This document shows positions 54,398 through 64,000 of a stretch of DNA of 64,000 nt, piece by piece (the first letter of the stretch is position 1; each line of letters begins with the position of its first letter). Location of the stretch: NCBI RefSeq assembly GCF_009914755.1, contig NC_060929.1; one strand, written 5' to 3'. The stretch is from the human T2T-CHM13v2.0 reference genome, Homo sapiens. The position numbers were made by a program, and so were the translations under genes. A model generated the notes under the pieces. That model did no database searches. It had not been told where the DNA came from and saw nothing but the letters and a program-made list of their open reading frames with translations.

Positions 54398-56242
54398 TCA
54401 AGTATCAGTAGTCTTTCCTGGCAACAGTTTCATATGTACAATATTCTAATTTACTAACTAAGACTGCAATACTGACCATATAAACCATGATGGCCAATTG
54501 CACCAATCCACATAAATCTATTCCACCAAAGAGAGACCATATTGAAGGTGAGCTGTATTAAAAATAAAAACAGAAGGGAAAAAATAACTTTCCGCTCTTC
54601 CTCCTAGGAAAATATTCAAAGACTTTTTCATGTGAGAAGCCTTTCAGTTTATATCATTTGTAATAACTCCTTTCATTTATTCCATCACAATCCATGAAAA
54701 ACTGTAGGATGATTAAATGAAAAAAAAAAAAGGTCTTTCCACTTGGTATTGGTACTATTGATTCACAGTGTCCTTCATAGCTGTGAAATTTACAATGTGT
54801 TAATAGTTAATGGAAAACAATAGGAAGTCTGGATTTTTTATATTCTGGCTGTCAATATTAATTTTAATTTTATAATTTTAAGAAAAATAAAATAAAAAAA
54901 TAACTGTAATATGTCTAGGGATGCCCACTGATTTTATCTTGTCATTGTGTTGATTCTTTCTGATGTTTTCACTGGAATGTACATATTATACAATGTGTGT
55001 GAGGATAGTTACTATCATACATATATGCCAATAGCTATATGTGTAAGAAATCTGATCTATGAACCTTAAACTCTGATATGCTAGTACTACAGTTATAATC
55101 TGACATGATGAATTTAAACTGAAAATAAAAACAAAAACACAGAAGTGGGAGAGAAGGCCCTTGGAGAGCACTGGTTAGAGGCAGTTGACACTACCTTTCC
55201 ATTTTTCTTTTATTCTGCTTATGTCTTCTTTCAAATAAAAGAAAACTAGGTGCTATAGTAAAAGTCCTATGAGTCAAGGTACTATAGTTTGATCACTGTG
55301 AATATGTAAATCTTGAGAATAAACTTCATTATAACTATAGAACTGAAAAATAAATTTCTTCTAATTTCTAATACATTTCTACAGGGCATAATCATCATCA
55401 CTTCAGATCACATGTTTTCACAATTTGTTGACTTACTTTTTTTAGTGATCTTCATTGACAGATACGAGCAAAAGATAGAATTGGCTCTGGAAATATGGAT
55501 TTTGTGTATGCAAAATCCTTTACCACATTTTTTCATCATACCCGTTGTTATCTTTTCTAAGGAAATTCATGCTGTCTTTCTCTTACCTGAGTTATCAAAC
55601 TTCTCACACTCAACTTCACTCTGCTCTTCACTCACACTCCTAGAAAAGTATAATAGCATTTCTATTGAAGTGTACTGTCATTCAGTAAGATAGATGATGG
55701 CTTCATTTTTGTTCATTGGTCTATTTTGAAATGAATGAGGGTACAAAAGTGGCCAAGTAAGTCTGGATCTAGAGGTGTTCTTTATATCACCCAAGCTGTA
55801 GATCTTTCAGATTATGTTAAAAAACTATATAGTATCTGTTTTCCTAATCATGTTCCTTAATAGATGAACATTTTAAAGATTTTAGAATTAATAAGAGATT
55901 CTCCTCCCTTTTCAATGATGTCAATATCCTAGGCAACATGTTATAGCATTTTAAATTACATTATGAGATAATTTTTCTTTAGATTCATGTAACTTAGGAA
56001 TTGCAACACATATAAACATAAGTAAGAAACAAATAAGAGTAATTTTCAGCAGAGGGTTATATAACTTTTTTAGATCTGCTGTCATCCTGATCTTGAAAAT
56101 TAAGATGGCATCTAGAATGCCTGAAATATAGAAAGGTATATTTGGTTTGGAAAGAAGGGACATGATAAACAGAGGAACTTATTTAACAAGTATCTATTAT
56201 CTATTGATTTAGATGCTATTCGTACATTCATTGTTCATTAAC

Positions 56243-58593
56243 TGTATTGTTATCACATTGCTGTAAAGGACTGCCCAAGACTGGGTAATTTACGAAAAAA
56301 AAAAAGTTTTAATTGACTCAACAGTTTCACATGACTGGAGGAGCCTCAGGAAACTTACAATCATGATGGAAGGGAAAGAGGCACATCTTACATGGCAGCA
56401 GGTGAAAGAGAGTAAATATGTGTAGAAGGAAATGTCAGACACTTATAAAACCATCAGATTTCATAAGAACTCACTCACTATTATTAGAACAGCATGGGAA
56501 CACTGCCCCCAGGATCCAGTCACCTACCACAGGTCTCTCCCTCAATGTGTGGGGATTATGGGGTTTGCAATTCAAGATGAGATTGGGTGGGGACACAATT
56601 CCTAACCATATAATTCTGCCCCGTCCCCTCCCAATTCTCATGTCCTCACATTTCAAAACCAATCATGCCTTCCTAACAGTCCCCCAAAGTCTTAGCACAT
56701 TTCAGCATTAACTCAAAAGTCCAAGTTCAAAGTCTCATCTGAGACAAGGCAAGTCCCTTCTACCTATAAGTCTGTAAAATCAAAAGCAAGTTAGTTACTT
56801 CCTAGATACAATGAGGGTATAGGCATTGGATAAATGCTCCCATTCCAAATGAGAGAAATTAGCCAAAATGAAGGGGCTGCAGACCACATGCATGTCCTAA
56901 ATCCAGTAGGTCAGTCACTAAATCTTAAAGCTCTGAAAGGATCTCCTTTGACTTCATGTCTCACATCCAGGTCACACTCATGCAAAAGGTGGGCTTCCAT
57001 GGTCTTGGGCAGCTTCACTCCTGTGGCTTTGCAGGGTACAGCCCCACCACCGATTGATTTCCCAGGCTGGGGTTGAGTGTCTGCAGCTTTTCCAGGTGCG
57101 TGGTGCAAGCTGTCAGTGGGTCTACCGTTCTGGGGTCTGGGGGACAATGGCCCTCTTCTCACAGTTCCACTAGGCAGTGTCCCATTGGGGCTCTATGTGG
57201 GGGCTCTAACCTACATTTTTCTTCCATACTTCCCTAGCAGAGGTTCTCCATGAGGGCTCCAACCCTGCAGCAAACTACTGCTTCAACACCCAGGAGATTC
57301 CATACATCCTCTGAAATCAGATGGAGGTTCCCAAACCTCAATTCTTTACTTCTGTGAACCTGCAGGCCTAACACCACATGGAAACCACCAACAACTGGGG
57401 CTTGCACCCTATGAAGCAATGGCCTGAGCTGTACGTTGGCCCCCTTTAGCCATGGCTGGAATGCAGGGTGCCAAGTCCCAAGGCTGCACAGAGCAGCAGT
57501 GAGGCCCTGGGCCTGGACCATGAAACCATTTTTTCCTCCTGGGCCTTTGAGCCTGAGATGGGAGGAGATGCCATGAAGGTCTCTGACATGCCCTGGTGAT
57601 ATTTTCCTCATTGTCTTGGCTATTAAGCTCCTCATTACTTATGCAAATTTCTGCAGCTGGCTTGAATTCTTCCCCAGAAAAATGGGTTTATTATTTTCTA
57701 CTACATGGTCAGGTTGCACGTTTTCCAAACTTATATACTCTGCTTCCCATATAAACATGTTTCCATTTCAAACCATTTCTTTGTGAACACATTAGACTGA
57801 ATGCTTTCAAAATCAACCGGGTCACATCTTGAATGCTTGGCTGCTTAGAAATGTCTTCTGGCAGATACCCTAAATCATCTCTCTCAAGTTCAAAATTCCA
57901 CAGATCTCTAGGGCAAGGAAAATTCCTCCAGTCTCTTGGCTAAAGCATAGCAAAAGTGACCTTTACACCAGTTCCCAAGAAGTTCCTCATCTCCATCTGA
58001 GACCACCTCAGCCTAGACTTCATTATCCACATGATTATCAGCATTTTGGTTAAACCCACTGAATGAGTCTCTAAAAAGTTCCAAACTTTCACACATCTTC
58101 ATGTCTTCTGAGCCTTCCAAACTGTTCAAACCTTTGCCTGTTACCCAGTTCCAAAGTTGCTTCCACATTTTCAAGTATCTTTATAGCAGCACCCCACTAC
58201 CTCAGAATCAATTAACTGTATTAGTTCATTCTCACATTGCTATGAATAACTGCCCATGACTGGGTAATTTATTAAAAAAAAAAAGAGGTTTAATTGACTC
58301 ACAGTTCTGCATGGCTGGGGAGGCCTCAGGAAACTTCCAATCATGGTGGAAGGGGAAGAGGCACATTTTACGCAGTGGCAGGTGACAGAGAGAGTGTGTG
58401 AAGGAGGAACAGTCAGACAAGGATAAAACCATCAGATCTCGTGAGAATTCATTCACTATCATGAAAACAGCATGGGAACACTGCCCCCATGATCCAATCA
58501 CCTCCCACCAGCTCTCTCCCTTGACATGTGGGGATTATGGGGATTACAATTCAGGATGAGATTTGGGTGGGGACACAAAGCCTAACCATATCA
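56243..58593 (-). mobile_element. Complete THE1D element: 3'LTR 56243-56613, internal 56614-58216, 5'LTR 58217-58593
   Basis: Two direct LTRs around a 1.6-kb THE1-internal region; polypurine tract complement 'ttctgcccc' at 56614; ATTAAC on both flanks (56237-56242, 58594-58599). Confidence 0.93.
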
Positions 58594-60330
58594 ATTAACA
58601 TAGTGAATAAATATGGATTAAATGTCAGTGATATGTTAAGCAATCAGACACTATTCTATAATATTGTGGTGGAAGATGCATAAATATAGAACAAAACTTC
58701 TGCATTCAGACATTTTATATTTAAGTCAAGCAGATAGTAAAAAGTAATGATTAAAATACATATAAGAGTATGTTGATGATAATTGGGGAAAAGGGCAGAG
58801 AAGAGTGTAGGTAAAATTGGAAAGTTTCACTTATAAATAGCATTGTTAGAAGAACCTTTGCCAATAAATGTTAATATTTGAATTAACACAAAAAATTAAA
58901 TGAGGGATTAAGCCATGTAGATAGCTAGGGAATGACTATTTCATTAAAGAGAAGAGCAAACACTAATACTGAGTTGGGTTAATTTAAACAGTTTTTCAGT
59001 AGAAACCAGAGACTGATGTAGTAGGAAGTTAGAACAAGTGAGAGGTAGAGAAGTAGGAAAGAGGCCAGAGAGATAATGAAAGGTCAGTCCATGCGGTTAC
59101 TTGCCTACGACTGCAAACTTTGATTTTACTCAGAAGGATATGGAAATTCAATCAAGGACATTAAAAAGAGAAAGCCTAGTGTATATATGGGATGCTTTTC
59201 TGGCTGCTTTACTGAGAATAAATAAAAAATAAGGGAAATTAAAACAAGGAGACACCTTAAGATGCTATTGAATAATTTAGTGAGTATGTGATTGTAACTT
59301 GGACAAGATTCCAGTATTGAAGGTTAAATATATTTAGAAGCTAGAAGAAAAACAATGCTGGTGGGTTAACTACAGGTTATGTAAGAAAGAGAAAAGTCAA
59401 GGATGACTGATATTAATTTGGCTTACCCACAAAATATATAGGATTTCTATCAGTCTAGATGAAAATGATGGCAGGAGGGACAGTAAAGGAAAAAACAGCA
59501 CTCACTTTTGGATTGCAGATGCCAGATTGGCCTAGGACTATAAACCTTGAGTATGGAGTTGAATCCATGAGGCTGGAGTTCAGGGGAATGATTCAGACTT
59601 CAGTAGAAATTTGAACTAATTTATTGATGTTATTATAAGTGTGAGCTCTCCAGTTCTCTTAAATTAATACGTCAGGAAGTAAAGGAGGAATTAGCAAAAG
59701 AAACCGAGAGACTGAAGGTAAACTAGTAGAATTCTGTGTCCTGGAACTGTTAAGGTTCAGTGTTTCAAGTAAGGCAAAAAATGAAAAGTTGACTACAGAT
59801 TTTACAATTTAAACATTATCTGTGACTTTGGCAAAAATAATTTCAGAGGAGAGGGGATTAAACCCTTGTTAGGTGGGGCTCAAGAAAAAATATCAGGAAT
59901 AATTTGGAGCAAGCTAATATAAATGCTATTTTCATTGTGTACTACTTCTTGAGGAAAAAGAAGAAATAGACCCATAGATGTAGCTAAAATTATGTCAAAG
60001 AACATTTTTAGAAAACAAAGGGAAAGAAATAACCCTATGTCTGCATGCAGTGGTAAAAAAGGAGAGGTAAACGATATGCACGATAAAGTAGATAAAACTT
60101 CTGGATCAGTGTCTTTTGAGTGGATAACAAAGTATGGGATCTAGGTTGCAGATGAAACGGTTGGGCTTTGTTTGAAGCAAGGGGCAGTTCTTCCATAGTA
60201 TCTCGAAGGAAAGAGTAGATGCATAGAACAGTGAAGGAGAGTAGATCAATGGTTGGGAGCTTTTAGACTTTTATTTATTGCAAGGTTATCAGGTGAGAGT
60301 GAGAGAGTTAAAATAGGTATCGAGTATTTT
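58594..60330 (-). mobile_element. L2 long fragment; its 3' tail 'cattcatt' lies left of the THE1D at about 56225
   Basis: 'gtcaaggatgact', 'ctggagttcagggga', 'gaattagcaaaagaaaccgaga', 'tgtgtcctggaa', 'tgactttggcaaaa' are collinear L2 motifs. Confidence 0.75.
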
Positions 60331-61341
60331 GTTTGAAAAAGTATGTATAAGACAACTCTCCCTTTACATGCTAGTTACAGAAACAACCACCACCCAACTG
60401 TTGGTTTTCCTTCTACTCTATCTCTGCTTATTGACTGTCCAATGTCTAGGGATAGTTTATGGAGAAATTTGTTATAATTTAAAAAAGACATTTAAAAGCA
60501 GAGGGAATTAATGTCATTAACATTAAATATTTTTATCTTATTTATTCTATAATCTTTGCCAAATTACTTACACATTTTTATGCTTTATTTTTTATATGTA
60601 AAATGAAGAGGAATATATTCAAATATATTCATTTCATATTTTTTAAAGATTGAAGGTGTCTGGAAAAATATACTAAACCTATAAACTGGCAAAAATTCCT
60701 GAGTGTTTTTTCAGCCCTTTTTAAGAGCCTACACTTTTAATTGGCTTTCTATTGACTGGACAGTTTCTTACTTGTCTTGAAGAAAAGACAAGTCTTAAAG
60801 TTACTCTTTTTGCTCAGTAAGATATTAACCAGTTTGGTACCTTAGGTTAACATTTCAATCTCAGTTTAACATTCTGTATCTTAGCTTACCCAACCTTAGC
60901 TTAACATTCCTTTATTACATTACATATAGAGACCTAGCTTCTCAAATGCTCTTTGAACAGGTTTTAATCTACTTTTAGTTTCTTCATTAATCAGGTAAGT
61001 ACAATTTTAACACTTGTCCATTTTATAATTACATGAGCATTTAAAATTTTAAGATGTATACTTTAACAAATGATAACATTATAATCTCTAGCTGAGTGTC
61101 TGACATGTATTGCTTCATTTGCCTTCACAGCCCACTCTCATATCTATTTCAATCATAGCTTTTAGCATTTATAATTAAAAATAATAAAAATACAGTTGAG
61201 TATTTACAAATACAGTTGTAATATTATATCCTTTTACTATCCTAATAATTGGAGAGATTTACTTTGCACTTAGCAAATTATTGATAGTTTCTCATGGCTA
61301 AATACTGCAAATACTTAAAGTGAACCTCTAATGGGAACTAG

Positions 61342-61687
<346 letters not shown>

Positions 61688-62475
61688 GGTCTATGATAGA
61701 ATTTTGTCAGAATCCTGGCTATGTTATTTAGATGGCTTGATTAGCAATTTTTTTTTATCCACAAAATAATGAAAATAAAAGCCCCCAGCTTTGCCTGGGT
61801 GTGTGAAATAAAGTACACAACACAATTTCTGCTCCTTACAAATTCATTAATATGTTATTTGAATTCTAGAATTAATGCTCCAAAAGTATGCATTTAACCA
61901 TGCTTATCATGAACCCTACATTTATTCTACTAAAATCCATTACTCATATTAGAACTAAATACCTTAGATGGAGACTCCTAAACCTTTATTCTGAGCGGGA
62001 GTGAGGCCCAGACTCACCACCTTTATAATGTCAACAGCTTGACAATTAACATATATTCCAGCTCAGTTCTTCCTTTTTCTGTGTGAGTACCTAGAATACA
62101 TGCTCTCCCCATCCTCATTTCAGAAAATCAAGTCATTTTACTCTGCCTCTCTTTATGTACAACACTGACATTAATATTTAATATTTTGTCCTGCCTTGAC
62201 ATCAAGTAAAATTGGGAGAGCTTCAAATGCTCTAATTCCAAGTTTTCCACCTCCTTTGCCCTAGTGGCTAAGGTTCCCTACCCAAATAACCATCACAGAG
62301 ACCAAGACACACTGACTACTTATTCCTTAGTAGTGAACTTCAGTTCTCTGACAGCCCTAGAATTATTCCAGTCAATGACATCCTCCCTCTTGATACTACA
62401 ACGCCAGCTTCCTGCATGCCCTGCTTGTTTACTCTGGTCTCCAGTGTAGCCTCCATATGGCCCTGTGTGGCAATG

Positions 62476-62558
62476 TCCTCTTACCTCTGGCTGTGAGTGT
62501 TCTCTTACCTCTGGCTTTGAGTGTGAGTGTGGTAGTATCCTCTTACCTCTAGCTGTGA
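62476..62558. repeat. Three copies of a 21-24-bp motif, t(c/t)ctcttacctct(g/a)gct(g/t)tga
   Basis: Copies start at 62476, 62500 and 62538. Confidence 0.85.
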
Positions 62559-62737
62559 CCAGCAACAAGCTGTCAATCTCAACTGAAAAGTGTTAGGTGT
62601 CATGCTTTCAGCCATCCCCTAACATAGATCAGGGACATCTCCTTCACCAGTGGGATGAAAAGAGGAAAATAAAACATATCTGTTTAAACATCAAGTTTTT
62701 CCTCATTTTCCCCTTATTCCTTCATTTATGCATCTAG

Positions 62738-62845
62738 CCATCCATTCATCCATCCATTCATCCATCCATTCATCCACCCATTCGTCCACCCATTCATCCA
62801 CTCATCCATCCATCCATCCATCCATCCATCCATCCATACATCCAC
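62738..62845. repeat. (CCAT)n/(TCAT) compound microsatellite
   Basis: Degenerate tetranucleotide array, possibly derived from an L2 tail. Confidence 0.9.
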
Positions 62846-63144
62846 TTATTCACCTAATAAATACTTAACAATTTTCAGAATATATTCTATTCATTTCTAT
62901 AGGCATCTGAAAACTATTTATTAGTAACTAATCATGTTCAATATTGCAACGTGATTAAAATATTAAAATTATTTTCTGAATTATTTCTGAAATGCATCTT
63001 TTTTCCAACTTTCCTACAACTTTACACTAATTCAGTCTTGATACATTTTAATATTGTAGTTTTTTAAAAAATACAAAGGCAAGGAAAGAGAGAAAATGCT
63101 GACTACTCATAACCTATTACTTATTTTAGTCCCATGTTGATATG

Positions 63145-63716
63145 CATTTATTTATTCAATTTATTTTTATTGAACCCCTACTTTTTGCCAAGAATTGTTA
63201 TAAGTTTTGAGTATAGTGCAGTGAAATCAAAGTAAAACAGAATATAACACAACCAAAATGTAAATTAAAACAAACAAACAAAAATCACTGGTGTCATGAC
63301 ACATTTTAATGGTAATAAAGAGATAGAATGTAAGCAATAAACCATCAATAAAAATACTGTTTTAAGTATAAAAATAATCTAGCTAGAATTTTCTCAAATT
63401 ATGCATGCTTGGCATGACCAAGTAAAGAACAGGAGGCCAGGGTTTATGGGACAGAGTGAGCTGGTGGCAAGACTTAACAGATTATGAGGCCAGAGAAAGA
63501 ACCAGTGGCCAGAACATATTGGCTATTGGGAGCAGAGTACAGTTTTTAGTCCGGAGAATGGTGAGAATCCATTATAGGGGGTTAGCCAAGAAACAGGCGT
63601 GAATATATTGGTGTTTAAAAAGGAACTGTGTACCCCTGTAATAGAGAATAGACAGTAGGAGAAAAGATAAAGGCAGGGAGACAAATTAGGAAGCTACTAT
63701 AATAATCCAGATGAAA
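63145..63716 (-). mobile_element. L2 3' fragment
   Basis: 'tttattgaacccctact...tgcagtgaa' and 'aggcagggagacaaattaggaagctactataataatccagatgaaa'. Confidence 0.75.
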
Positions 63717-64000
63717 CAGGATTGAAATACAGAGATTATTATTGAAATACCCTAATACAAATGTAGAGTTCTTTCTACAAAAATGATTCAGTTTCATAAA
63801 TATGTTTAGGGATTTTCTTTTTACTGTTAGCAATGGAAAAATTGCTCTATTCTTCTATCTGTATATGTAAAATATTTATTACTATTCAAAAATAAATAAT
63901 AGTAAAACAATTATGGTAAAAAAATTAGTTAATTTTACTCAGGAAGTTTAAGATTTCCTACTGCATGTAAGTTAAAAATACTACAATGATGTTTGCTTCA

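Noticed and set aside
56834-57635. ORFs up to 133 aa in the THE1 internal region
   Set aside because: Fragments of the decayed MaLR internal sequence with no continuous reading frame.
60770-60793. 9-bp hairpin acttgtctt/aagacaagt
   Set aside because: Too short to exceed chance expectation in 64 kb of AT-rich DNA.

Overview
AT-rich, repeat-dense mammalian genomic DNA, almost certainly human because it contains a near-consensus AluYb8. It reads as gene-poor intergenic or deep intronic sequence. No protein-coding gene, RNA gene or CRISPR array is supported: the ORF track consists of Alu, L1, LTR or microsatellite read-throughs and chance ORFs. Contents are one near-full-length decayed L1PA15/16-like LINE (43.4-51.2 kb) with nested MST and AluJ insertions, a complete THE1D LTR-internal-LTR element (56.2-58.6 kb) inside an L2 tail, 12 dimeric Alus plus a FLAM, solo MaLR/ERVL LTRs, older L1M/L2/MIR/Tigger/MER fragments and several microsatellites. 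I found no convincing new biological system. The most interesting signals are: (i) an older AluY carrying the AluYb-type 7-bp duplication without the other Yb8 diagnostics; (ii) a 42-bp inverted repeat within an AT-rich template-switch-like scar at 39.1 kb; (iii) a CpG-retaining, ETS-motif-containing unique patch at 33.0-33.4 kb; (iv) three template-switch scars inside the long L1. Subfamily names come from recalled consensus sequences, not from a RepeatMasker run, and boundaries of the old elements are approximate.
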